This document shows, piece by piece, positions 29,231 to 38,479 of a stretch of 64,000 nt of DNA (position 1 is its first letter; the number at the start of each line of letters is the position of its first letter). Under the pieces are notes generated by a model, which worked only from the letters and a program-made list of their open reading frames with translations, was not told where the DNA came from and made no database searches. Source of the stretch: an uncultured delta proteobacterium (lineage in GTDB: Bacteria > Desulfobacterota > Binatia > Binatales > Binataceae); NCBI GenBank assembly GCA_963842085.1, contig CAWJET010000001.1, forward strand, positions 2,176,001 through 2,240,000, read 5' to 3'. A program made the position numbers and the translations under genes.

Positions 29231-30637
29231 ATGGGCAAGATACTGGTTGCAGATGACGAGCCGCACCTGCGACGCATCCTCATCTCCAATCTCAAGCAGG
29301 AGCATCACGAAGTAGTCGAGGCTGCCGGCGTCAACCACGCGCGGGCAGCGCTTTCCGAGCACACGTTCGACGCTGTAATAACCGACCAGAAAATGGGCGA
29401 CGGCGAAGGATTGGACGTCCTCGCGGCGGCGCGGGAGAGCGATCCGACCCTGTCCGTTGTTTTTCTTACGGCGTTTGCGACCATTGAACTCGCCGTCGAG
29501 AGCATGCGCCGCGGCGCGTTTGATTTCATTACCAAGCCCTTCGTTCCTGAGGTTCTGATCGCATCCGCGACGCGCGCGATGGAGCACACGCGGCTCGTGC
29601 GTGAGAACAGCAGGCTTCGTGAAACCGTGGTGCGCCTTGAAGGTTCATCGGAGATCACAGGGCGCAGCGGGGCGATTCGCCAGCTTCGCGAAAAAATTGC
29701 GCGCGTTGCACCTACCAACGCTACCGTCCTCATCACTGGAGAAACCGGGACCGGCAAGGAGCTGGTCGCACGCGCAATCCATCGCAACAGCCTGCGTGCC
29801 GAGAAGCCCCTGGTCGCCGTCAATTGTGCGGCGTTCACCGAAACGCTTCTGGAAAGCGAGCTGTTCGGACATGAGCGGGGAGCGTTCACCGGCGCCGACC
29901 GCGCGCGCGAGGGAGTTTTCGAGGCGGCACACGAAGGCACGCTCTTTCTCGACGAGGCGGCAGAAATGTCGCTGCCGGCACAGGCCAAACTACTGCGAGT
30001 ATTGACCGACGGGCTGGTCACGCGACTCGGATCGACCAAGCCCCGCCACACCGACGTGCGACTGCTGGTTGCAACCAACCGGGATTTGAAGAGGCGCGTG
30101 CAGGAGGGCCGTTTTCGCGAGGACCTATACTACCGGCTCGCGGTAGTTCCGCTCACGGTTCCTGCCTTGCGCGATCATCGTGAAGACATACCCGAGCTTT
30201 GCGCTTACTTCCTGGCGCAAGCTGTGCGCGATCTTAAGACGCCGCCGCGCAGAATCAGCGCCGGGGCAATTCAGACACTGCTCAGCTACGATTTTCCCGG
30301 GAATATCCGTGAACTTCGTAACCTTATCGAGCGCGCGTGCATTCTCTCCGCCCAGGAGGAAATCGTTCCGGAGAACTTTCCGGTACCAACTCCTCGCAGC
30401 ACAAATGGCGTCGCGACCCGCAGCTCCGCCGAGCTCACTGCCGACCAACTCGCCGAGATGATACCTGAGACGCACAACCTTCGAGACTTTCTGGCGTCGT
30501 TGGAGAAAGCGGTGATTCAGCGTGCGTTGAAGATTACCGATGGCGCCCAGGCGGAAGTCGCGCGCCGGCTTGGAATGTCGCGAAGCGACCTTTCATACAA
30601 GCTCGGCAAACATCGCATCAAAGATGCGACCGGTTGA
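29231..30637 (+). CDS. Sigma-54-dependent NtrC-family response regulator
   Basis: REC (ADDE, TD, KP); GETGTGKE; ESELFGHERGAFTGA; C-terminal Fis-type HTH. Confidence 0.95.
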   Translation: MGKILVADDEPHLRRILISNLKQEHHEVVEAAGVNHARAALSEHTFDAVITDQKMGDGEGLDVLAAARESDPTLSVVFLTAFATIELAVESMRRGAFDFITKPFVPEVLIASATRAMEHTRLVRENSRLRETVVRLEGSSEITGRSGAIRQLREKIARVAPTNATVLITGETGTGKELVARAIHRNSLRAEKPLVAVNCAAFTETLLESELFGHERGAFTGADRAREGVFEAAHEGTLFLDEAAEMSLPAQAKLLRVLTDGLVTRLGSTKPRHTDVRLLVATNRDLKRRVQEGRFREDLYYRLAVVPLTVPALRDHREDIPELCAYFLAQAVRDLKTPPRRISAGAIQTLLSYDFPGNIRELRNLIERACILSAQEEIVPENFPVPTPRSTNGVATRSSAELTADQLAEMIPETHNLRDFLASLEKAVIQRALKITDGAQAEVARRLGMSRSDLSYKLGKHRIKDATG

Positions 30638-30669
30638 AGGCTTTGTTTGTAAGTATGCAGGAGAGTCAA

Positions 30670-31488
30670 ATGAAAACTGGATTGAAACAAATCGAAGAAA
30701 CACGCATGGTCCGGACGCTGCTCGCATCGTCCGTGCTTGCAGTCATTTTCTTTGCAACCCCGGCGCAGAGCGCGGACGTCGCCCCGTTGTCGATGAACCC
30801 GGCCGCCCAATCGGCGGCTAGCGCGCAGACTCCACCGGGCGAGGACAACCAAGGCGGCTCTTCCGATCCTTTGTCCGGTTTCAACGAGCCCATGTTCACC
30901 TTCAACCTCAAGCTCGACGATTGGGTCCTGCGCCCGGTCGCCAGCGGATACGCCGACATCGCGCCGACGCCGGTGCGCCAGAGCGTCGGCAGATTCTTCG
31001 ATAACGTCCGAGTCATCCCACGTTTTGCCAACAACCTGTTTCAGCTCAAGCTGGCCGAGGCCGGCGGCGAAGTTGCACGTTTCGGAGTCAACACGACGCT
31101 AGGAGTAGCCGGCCTGTTCGATCCCGCCGACAGTTGGTTTGGACTCAAAGAACATCCCAACGATTTCGGCCTGACTATCCGCTACTACAAGATTCCGACC
31201 GGCCCGTACGTGATGCTGCCGTTCTTTGGACCTTCGACGGTCGGCGACACGGTTGGCCTGGTAGCGGACGGCGCGATGGATCCGATCAGCTACTTCGTTC
31301 CGCTGTGGGTATCGGTCACGGTAGCCGGTGGGCGCGGCGCGGTCGAAGCGGTGAACTACCGTTCGCTGAATCTCAACCAGTTCGAGGAAGCTGATCGTTA
31401 CGCGATCGACCTATACGGCGCCGTTCAGGACGCATACCTGCAGACGCGCGACCACGACGTCAAGAAGCTCCACGAGGAACAGTGGTAG
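30670..31488 (+). CDS. mlaA: MlaA/VacJ family protein
   Basis: DPLSGFNEPMFTFN, RFGVNTTLGVAGLFD, DFGLT, GPYVMLPFFGPST. Confidence 0.85.
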   Translation: MKTGLKQIEETRMVRTLLASSVLAVIFFATPAQSADVAPLSMNPAAQSAASAQTPPGEDNQGGSSDPLSGFNEPMFTFNLKLDDWVLRPVASGYADIAPTPVRQSVGRFFDNVRVIPRFANNLFQLKLAEAGGEVARFGVNTTLGVAGLFDPADSWFGLKEHPNDFGLTIRYYKIPTGPYVMLPFFGPSTVGDTVGLVADGAMDPISYFVPLWVSVTVAGGRGAVEAVNYRSLNLNQFEEADRYAIDLYGAVQDAYLQTRDHDVKKLHEEQW

Positions 31489-31535
31489 CGCAGTTTACGC
31501 GCTTTCCCGGAGAATCCCTCAAACCTGAGCGTCGG

Positions 31536-31560
31536 TGGCGGAGCGAGGGGGATTAGAAAC
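31536..31560 (-). repeat. Degenerate tRNA-Ser 3'-end fragment (att-like), inverted relative to the tRNA at 2378
   Basis: 21/25 nt match to the reverse complement of 2445-2469. Confidence 0.6.
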
Positions 31561-31746
31561 GTCGGTGTCGCGAGCATTCGAGGTTCTGCGCCGTGAGTTG
31601 GAATTCGACACAGACAGGAGAGATTCCAGCTCTAGCGTACCCTGCGTTCGAGCTTTAGGGCCTCACCGTGCATTACAAGTGGGATTTCCGCCCTCGGCAC
31701 GAGATGAGTATGACTTGCGGCCGTATCGTGAAATACGCCCCCCGAC

Positions 31747-33465
31747 CTACTCCGGTAGACCAGCTTTGCGCAGGGCTTCGAGGTGGTGGGCGAGATCTGT
31801 CTCGCGTCGGTAGTGCAGCGCCGGCAGGCAATGCTCGCGGATGGTGAACCCGGGGCTGCGCTTGATTACCTCCGCAGCGTGCACGGTCGCGCGCTCGGCA
31901 TCGCCCATCTGTGCGTAGGAGGCCGCGAGCAGCGCGTGGTGCAACTCGCCTGGCGCGGTGATGTGTCTGAGGGACTCGACCGCCTCGGCGTAACGCTTTG
32001 CGGCGAACTGGGCGCGTGCTAGGTGGAACCAGAAACGCTCGGGGTGGTAGGGATTGAGGCGCATCGCCTTGCGGATCCATTCGATGCCGTCCTCTCCCTG
32101 GCCGAGCCAGGTCATGATCTCGCCCTGCTGGACCACGATCAGATCGTCGTTCGGATTCAGGGCCAGCGCGCGCTGCTGGTGGTAGACGGCTTTATCGAAA
32201 TCGTTGCGCATCACCGCCACAGCCGCGAGGATACGGTGCACGTCGCTGTCGTTCTCGTCCAGCCCGAGTGCGACTTGCAGCTCCCGTTCGATCTCTGATG
32301 CGAGCGCCGCGACGTCGGCGCACCAGCCACTGCCCCACTGCTGGCCAAGAATGCACGCGTGCCACGCATGCGCGTGAGCGTACCGCGGGTCCAGTTCGAT
32401 TGCGCGCCGGATGAGACTCAGCGCCCGCAGGTTGTCGTCGCGGTTCGAGCGGTGATGCAGGGTCTTGGCTTCTAGCACGCATTCATAGGAGACCATGTTC
32501 GCCGGGGGCTTGCGCTCGGTGCGGCTGCGCGCGGCGGCCTCCATGCGCCCGGGAAGCGTGGCGACGATTGCCGAAGTCACCTCGTCCTGGATCGCGAAGA
32601 TGTCCTCCAGATCCCGGTCGTAGCGCTCGGCCCAGATGTGGTGGTCGGATTCCGCGTCGATTAGCTGCACCGTGACACGCACCCGGTTGCCGGCCTTGCG
32701 CACGCTCCCCTCGACGAGGTATTGAACGCCGACTTCGCGTGCGACCTTTTTCACATCCACCGCCTGTCCCTTGAACTTGAACGAGGTGTTGCGCGAAATC
32801 ACGAACAGCTCTCGGAAGCGCGACAGGTCGGTCAGGATGTCCTCGGTCAAGCCGTCGGCGAAGTACTCCTGCTCCGGCGCGCCGCTCATGTTGGCAAAGG
32901 GCAGCACAAGGATGGAGGGTTTCGCCGAGCCCGGTGCCGGGCCGGCGGCCACGCCGGTGCGAACCGTACGGACGCGGTACACCTTGACGCGCGCCGCGAT
33001 GTTCTTCAGCGGGGGTTCGCCGAGATCGTCGACCTCCAGCGTTATCTTGCCCGACGCGTCCTCCTTCACGCGGGACGAGATCACGATGCCGCCGTCTTCG
33101 GCCAGCGGTTCCAGCCGAGCCGCGACGATGACGCCGTCGCCGAACAAGTCGTCGCCCTCCGCCACCACCTCCCCCTGATGCACGCCGATTCGCAGGCGGA
33201 GGCCTTCAGCCTGGGCGTTCAAGACAGTTTGGATAGCGATGGCACAGCGCAATGCCTGCACCGCGCTGGGGAACTCCACCAGAAACCCATCGCCCATGGT
33301 TTTGAACAGGCGCCCACCGTGGGTGGCCGCCAAGGGCTCGATCACATCGGTGCGCAGCCGCCGAACGCGGGCCAGCGTGTCGGCTTCGTCGGCACCCATC
33401 TTGGCTGAGTAGCCGACAATGTCGGCCGCCAGGATGCCGGCGAGACGGCGATTGGCTTCGTCCAT
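31747..33465 (-). CDS. Class III adenylate/guanylate cyclase + TolB-N-like + TPR protein
   Basis: ILAADIVGYS, KTMGDG, VLPFANMS...EYFADGLTED, TPR repeats. Confidence 0.9.
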   Translation of the reverse strand: MDEANRRLAGILAADIVGYSAKMGADEADTLARVRRLRTDVIEPLAATHGGRLFKTMGDGFLVEFPSAVQALRCAIAIQTVLNAQAEGLRLRIGVHQGEVVAEGDDLFGDGVIVAARLEPLAEDGGIVISSRVKEDASGKITLEVDDLGEPPLKNIAARVKVYRVRTVRTGVAAGPAPGSAKPSILVLPFANMSGAPEQEYFADGLTEDILTDLSRFRELFVISRNTSFKFKGQAVDVKKVAREVGVQYLVEGSVRKAGNRVRVTVQLIDAESDHHIWAERYDRDLEDIFAIQDEVTSAIVATLPGRMEAAARSRTERKPPANMVSYECVLEAKTLHHRSNRDDNLRALSLIRRAIELDPRYAHAHAWHACILGQQWGSGWCADVAALASEIERELQVALGLDENDSDVHRILAAVAVMRNDFDKAVYHQQRALALNPNDDLIVVQQGEIMTWLGQGEDGIEWIRKAMRLNPYHPERFWFHLARAQFAAKRYAEAVESLRHITAPGELHHALLAASYAQMGDAERATVHAAEVIKRSPGFTIREHCLPALHYRRETDLAHHLEALRKAGLPE

Positions 33466-33587
33466 GCGTCAAACTCCGATGCGACGAGCTTAGATCAGCG
33501 GGCGCCTCGGGACAATCAACGCACATCAATGGGAGCGGCTCGGCGCCCGCGGAACGGGTCGACTGAGCTTCCCTTGTTATCTCCAGG

Positions 33588-33738
33588 AAATTCCCTGATC
33601 CCGCAAAATAATTCTCTGATAACATTTTGAAATTCCCTGATCCGTTGAGTAGGGAATTTCGACAAAAGCCACAGAGAACGCGCGGCTTTCTGAGCTGCCA
33701 AGTCGGTCTCGGGGGCCCGAAATCGCGAAAATTCCCTG
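33588..33738. repeat. AAATTCCCTG repeat cluster
   Basis: Direct copies at 33588, 33609 (degenerate), 33630 and 33729; inverted copy at 33650-33659. Confidence 0.75.
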
Positions 33739-33744
33739 TACCTT

Positions 33745-33960
33745 CGCTTTGGTTCCAAAATAGGGTCCGATCGAGATACTCGCGCCGCACTGTCCCGATC
33801 GGTCACTCAACGAAAGCGTGGGAACGAGGAGTACAGGGTTTCATCGCAGGCTTGCGAATCTGCGGGTACGCGAAGTCGATGAGATCAAAGTCATTCAGCG
33901 AAACAGTGGATCGTGATCTGATGAGAGGTACCGCGGCGCTCTTTGCTTGGCGAACGTTCT
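33745..33960 (-). mobile_element. Integrase-core IS transposase remnant, central/C-terminal part
   Basis: Minus strand YLSSDHDPLFR and PCTPRSHAFVE*PIGTVRREYLDRTLFWNQ; the intervening segment is inverted. Confidence 0.78.
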
Positions 33961-34027
33961 GCTGATCGCGATCTATGTGATTTATCCCGGTCGGCCGCAC
34001 CTATGGCATTCTGCGTCCTGAGTCGAA

Positions 34028-34705
34028 CTATCCTCGCGCGCTTGCAGTTCTGGAACGTTCGATACGGGATTGTAGTTGCTCGGCCATCGCGATCAGGCCG
34101 GTAGTGACGAGATCGAATGCCTCTTCGAAGTCGAGCCTGTCCGGCTCTATTTCCCGTGCGATGAACAGACCGTCCGCCACCGCCATTGATATCGTGGCTA
34201 GCGCCCGGATGCCTGCCCGATCGAGTCCTTTGAAGAACTGCCCGTATGACTCGAGCATTCGGCGATAAGCCTCCGCGCGAACCTGGAGAAAGAGCGTGCG
34301 CGCTGAAGCCTCCTTTGGGCGCCGCTCCAGCGCGAGCATCAGGCCGAGCCGCAGGAAATCCGGCGACTCGAGGAGCGCCCGCCCCGTGCGGCGCATGGCC
34401 AATCTAAAGCGTTCTTTACTCGCAACTCCTTCTTTCGGCAGCACCCAAGCGCTCATTCCTTCGAGCCATCGATTGAAGCTGCGCTCGATTACTCGGGCCA
34501 GCAGGTGATCCTTGTCCTCGAAGTGCCAGTAGATGGAACTCGCGGGAAGGCCCGAGCGCGCGCTGACAAGTGCGATGCTGGTGCCTTCGTAGCCGCGCTC
34601 GCTGGCGATCTCGGCGGCAGCGTCGAGGATCCGCTGGCGCGAGGCCTCGCCGTTTGCGCGCTTTTGGCGGGCGACGGCATGAATTCGCTTCTGTGGCCTT
34701 GACAT
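34028..34705 (-). CDS. TetR family transcriptional regulator
   Basis: ILDAAAEIASERGYEGTSI...SSIYWHF HTH. Confidence 0.92.
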   Translation of the reverse strand: MSRPQKRIHAVARQKRANGEASRQRILDAAAEIASERGYEGTSIALVSARSGLPASSIYWHFEDKDHLLARVIERSFNRWLEGMSAWVLPKEGVASKERFRLAMRRTGRALLESPDFLRLGLMLALERRPKEASARTLFLQVRAEAYRRMLESYGQFFKGLDRAGIRALATISMAVADGLFIAREIEPDRLDFEEAFDLVTTGLIAMAEQLQSRIERSRTASARG

Positions 34706-34725
34706 GTTCGCGTGTTGAGCTTACC

Positions 34726-34739
34726 GTAGCGGTCGCTAC
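34726..34739. promoter_or_regulatory. Palindromic operator candidate GTAGCGGTCGCTAC
   Basis: 6-bp inverted repeat in the divergent tetR/dioxygenase intergenic region. Confidence 0.55.
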
Positions 34740-34824
34740 AATTCAAATGCAGAGCGGATATTTCAATAGCATGCCGGTGTGGTAGCGTGGCCTCGGCGCA
34801 TACCACACCCAAGGAAGATTCCGA

Positions 34825-36195
34825 ATGACCCCGCAGAACGCAGAATTCGACGAGCTGGTTTCGCTCGAACGGGGCGAAATCGATCGGCGCATCTACAGCG
34901 ACCCCGCGCTTTTCGAGCTCGAGATGGAGCGAATCTTTGCGCGCTGCTGGCTTTTCCTCTGTCACGAGTCGCAGATTCCCCAGCCCGGCGATTTCTTCCA
35001 GTCGGTGATGGGCCGCGACAATGTGCTCGTCGTCCGCCAGAAAGACGGCTCGATCAAGGCGATGCTCAACACCTGTGCGCATCGCGGCAACGCCGTCTGC
35101 CGCGCCGAAGAAGGCAACGCGAAGAGCTTCCTCTGCACCTATCACGGATGGTCCTACGGCATCGACGGCCGCCTGAACGGTGTACCCGGGCTGAAAACCT
35201 TTTACAGAGGCGAGTTGGATAAATCGCGCCACGGGCTGGCTCAGGTGGCGCAGGTGGCCAATTACAAGGGATTCATATTCGGCACTGAGGATGCCTCCGC
35301 GCCGCCATTGAAAGAATACCTTGGCGCGACTGGCCGACTCGGCCTTGACCTGATTGCTTTGCGGGGCGACATGGAAGTCGTCCCCGGTATTCAGAAGTTT
35401 GTAATCGAGTGTAACTGGAAGATCGCCGTCGATAATCTCTTCGACTGGTATCATCCGCAGATATCCCACGCCTCCGCATTTCAGCCTGGTGTTCTTCCGG
35501 CAGGGCCGGAGCCCACGGGCGGCTTTGAACGAATCGACATGGGCGGGGTCAACATGCAGAGCGGTGCTGGTCTCGATCTTCCCGGAAACGGCATCGCCGG
35601 CACGAAGTTCGAGACACTCGTGGTGCTCGGCGAGTACGGGCACGCGATCGCCGGTCCGAGTACATCTTCGTCAGGCTATTTCGAATTCGACCCAAGTTGG
35701 CGAGGCAACCCGCAGGCGCAGGCTGGACTCGGCCCGGTCGGCAGCCGGGTAGCAGGCCATCCGAATATCTTTCCGACGAGTTGGGTATCTACCACTCTCC
35801 CTCAAATTTCGTTGCGAATCCCGCGCGATCCGACTCATACCGAGATTTGGTGGTTCACGTTCGTCGATCGCAACGCGCCGCGCGAGACTCGCGATTTCAT
35901 TGTGACCATGGCCAATCGGGTTTTTGGTCCGGCAGGCGTTCTCGAACAGGACGATGGGGAGAATTGGGCGCAGGCGACAGCCCAGAGCCGCGGAACTGCG
36001 AGCAAGCGGGTGAAACACTTGCTCAACATGGGCCTGGGCCACGGGAAAATCATCAAGGAAGGGGGCCTCTCGCGAATTCAGGGGCTTACGAACGAGTACG
36101 GACAACTGTGGACCTATCATTCGTGGGCACAATGGATGAAGTCCCTGAAATGGGACGAACTTAGAAAGGCGACCACGCCGGGCGATTGCATATGA
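34825..36195 (+). CDS. Rieske aromatic ring-hydroxylating dioxygenase alpha subunit
   Basis: CAHRG...CTYHGW Rieske motif; NWK, DWYH-xxx-SH and EQDD mononuclear Fe ligands. Confidence 0.93.
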   Translation: MTPQNAEFDELVSLERGEIDRRIYSDPALFELEMERIFARCWLFLCHESQIPQPGDFFQSVMGRDNVLVVRQKDGSIKAMLNTCAHRGNAVCRAEEGNAKSFLCTYHGWSYGIDGRLNGVPGLKTFYRGELDKSRHGLAQVAQVANYKGFIFGTEDASAPPLKEYLGATGRLGLDLIALRGDMEVVPGIQKFVIECNWKIAVDNLFDWYHPQISHASAFQPGVLPAGPEPTGGFERIDMGGVNMQSGAGLDLPGNGIAGTKFETLVVLGEYGHAIAGPSTSSSGYFEFDPSWRGNPQAQAGLGPVGSRVAGHPNIFPTSWVSTTLPQISLRIPRDPTHTEIWWFTFVDRNAPRETRDFIVTMANRVFGPAGVLEQDDGENWAQATAQSRGTASKRVKHLLNMGLGHGKIIKEGGLSRIQGLTNEYGQLWTYHSWAQWMKSLKWDELRKATTPGDCI

Positions 36196-36743
36196 GTGAG
36201 CACGCGGGTACGGAATCGGCGCAGCGCGAGGATCGGATTGCGGCGATGCTGCTGCAATACGACGTCGAGCGCTTCTACTACGATGAAGCCGCTTTGCTCG
36301 ACGCACATCGCTACGAAGAATGGCTCGCGCTGTTCAGCGAGGACGCGCGGTACTTCATGCCGATTCGGCGCACGCGTACGCAGCGCGAGATGGACAAGGA
36401 ATTTACCCGGCCCGGCGAAATGGCATTCTTCGACGACACCAAGGAGTTGCTCGCTGGCCGGATTACCAAGCTGAAGACGGGCCGTTCCTGGGCCGAGGAT
36501 CCGCCGTCGCGCACGCGCCATCTGATTACCAATGTTCGCATCGTGCGCGACAACGGCCGCGAGCTCGAGGTCGAATCGAACTTCCACGTGTATCGCACGC
36601 GGCTCAACTCCGAAGAGACGTCGTGGATCGGATCGCGCAAAGATGTGCTGAGAAGGGCAGGGGAATCGTTCCAGATCGCCGATCGGCGGATCTACCTCGA
36701 ACAGACGGTGTTGCTCTCGCGCAATCTGAGTAACTTTTTCTGA
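36192..36743 (+). CDS. Aromatic ring-hydroxylating dioxygenase beta subunit
   Basis: EAALLD, WAEDPPSRTRHLITNV, NLSNFF. Confidence 0.93.
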   Translation: MSEHAGTESAQREDRIAAMLLQYDVERFYYDEAALLDAHRYEEWLALFSEDARYFMPIRRTRTQREMDKEFTRPGEMAFFDDTKELLAGRITKLKTGRSWAEDPPSRTRHLITNVRIVRDNGRELEVESNFHVYRTRLNSEETSWIGSRKDVLRRAGESFQIADRRIYLEQTVLLSRNLSNFF

Positions 36744-36744
36744 T

Positions 36745-37557
36745 ATGGGCTGGCTCGAAAACAAGGTCGCGCTCGTCACCGGGGGCGCTTCGGGGCTCGG
36801 GCGCGCAATCGTCGAGCGCTTCGTGCAGGAGGGTGCGCGCGTAGGGATTCTCGATCGCGCGCGCGATCGCAGCGAGGATTTGGCGAAACGGCTCGGCGAC
36901 GAAGTGCTGGCAATTGTTGGCGAGGTCACGGTGCTCGCCGATAACCATCGCGCGGTCGCGGAAACAGTTGCCAGGTTCGGCCGGCTCGATTGTTTCGTCG
37001 GCAACGCTGGCATCTGGGATTTCGGGATGTCGCTCGCTGCGTTGCCCGAAGATCGAATCGACAAGGCATTCGACGAGCTATTCGGTGTGAACGTGAAAGG
37101 CTACATGCTGGGCGCGAAGGCGGCGTATCGCGAGCTCGCGAAGACGCGCGGCTCGATCATTTTTACCGTCTCCAACGCCGGCTTCTATCCGTGCGGCGGC
37201 GGGCCTCTGTACACGGCGTCGAAGCATGCAGTCGTCGGGCTGATCCGGCAGCTTGCGTACGAGCTCGCGCCGAAGATTCGGGTCAACGGTGTCGCGCCCG
37301 GCGCGATTCCGACCGATCTGCGCGGGCCGCGCTCGCTCGACATGGGCGAGCAATCGATCGCTGCGGTGCCGCTCAAAGAGATGGCGGAGCGCGGGATTCC
37401 GCTCGGCAAACTGCCCGAACCGCGCGACTATACCGGCTCGTACGTGCTGCTCGCGTCAGGAGAAAATTCGTCCACCGCAACCGGCGGTGTGATCATCTGC
37501 GAAGGTGGCATCGGCATCAGAGGTTTCGTCGACGCGGCGGGCGGCCGCGACCTATAG
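36745..37557 (+). CDS. cis-Dihydrodiol dehydrogenase (BphB/HcaB family)
   Basis: TGGASGLG, NAGIWD, SNAGFYP-GGGPLYTASKH, TDLRGP. Confidence 0.9.
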   Translation: MGWLENKVALVTGGASGLGRAIVERFVQEGARVGILDRARDRSEDLAKRLGDEVLAIVGEVTVLADNHRAVAETVARFGRLDCFVGNAGIWDFGMSLAALPEDRIDKAFDELFGVNVKGYMLGAKAAYRELAKTRGSIIFTVSNAGFYPCGGGPLYTASKHAVVGLIRQLAYELAPKIRVNGVAPGAIPTDLRGPRSLDMGEQSIAAVPLKEMAERGIPLGKLPEPRDYTGSYVLLASGENSSTATGGVIICEGGIGIRGFVDAAGGRDL

Positions 37558-37575
37558 CAAGGAGAGAATCGAACG

Positions 37576-38448
37576 ATGAGCGCAATCGAAAGCCTGGGCT
37601 ATGTAGGGCTCGGCGTGAAAGATCCCGCAGAATGGGAAAAGTTCGCGACGGATATCCTTGGGCTGCAGAGCAGCGCGTCCAACGGCCGCCGGGTGCTGCG
37701 GATGGACGACTACGCGTTTCGCTTCGCACTGGAGCAGGATGCCTCCGACGATATCGCGTACGCCGGATGGGAGGTCGCCGACGCGAGCGGCCTGCGCGAG
37801 GTGGCCGAGCGGCTGCGCGCTCTCGGCGTGGAAGTTCAAGCCGCGAGTGCCGACGATGCCGCCCGGCGGTGCGTCACTGAGATGATTCGCTTTGAAGACC
37901 CATTCGGCCTCAAGTGCGAGGCGTTCTACGGACCTTCGATCGAAGCGACGCCGTTTCGATCGCCGCGCCCGATCGACGGATTCGTCACCGGCCAGCAGGG
38001 CCTCGGGCACATTGTCGTCGGCGCTCCGGATATGCAGAAGAGCCTGCGCTTCTACACCGAGGGGCTCGGCTTTCGCCTGAGCGACACCATCGACATGAAG
38101 TTCGGCGACATGAAATTCACGATGGCTTTCATGCATTGCAACGCGCGCCATCACACCGTCGCGCTGATTCCGTTCCCCACGCCGAAGAAGCTGCATCACT
38201 TCATGATGCAACTGCGCTCGATCGACGACGTCGGCTCGACGATGTATCTGGTGCAGGATCGCAAGATCGAAATCACCGCGACACTCGGCCGTCACTCCAA
38301 CGATCACATGCTGTCGTTCTACCTGCGCACGCCGTCGGGCTTCGAGATCGAGTACGGATGGGGCGGGCGCGAGGTCGACGACGCGACCTGGCACGTGCAG
38401 AAGCATCACGCGCCCAGCATCTGGGGCCATCGCCGCGGCGGGATGTAA
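37576..38448 (+). CDS. Extradiol dioxygenase (BphC/HsaC family)
   Basis: GLGH, CNARHH, LHHFM, LGRHSND, FYLRTPSGFEIEYGWG. Confidence 0.92.
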   Translation: MSAIESLGYVGLGVKDPAEWEKFATDILGLQSSASNGRRVLRMDDYAFRFALEQDASDDIAYAGWEVADASGLREVAERLRALGVEVQAASADDAARRCVTEMIRFEDPFGLKCEAFYGPSIEATPFRSPRPIDGFVTGQQGLGHIVVGAPDMQKSLRFYTEGLGFRLSDTIDMKFGDMKFTMAFMHCNARHHTVALIPFPTPKKLHHFMMQLRSIDDVGSTMYLVQDRKIEITATLGRHSNDHMLSFYLRTPSGFEIEYGWGGREVDDATWHVQKHHAPSIWGHRRGGM

Positions 38449-38479
38449 CGGGCGATGGAACAGGCACAGCTCAAGGAAA

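Noticed and set aside
27979-29295. 438-aa minus-strand ORF
   Set aside because: Antisense shadow of the histidine kinase
31535-31813. 92-aa ORF starting MAERGG
   Set aside because: The start derives from the antisense tRNA 3' fragment; no protein features
33588-33738. Possible CRISPR array
   Set aside because: Repeats are 10-14 bp, irregularly spaced and partly inverted; no cas genes
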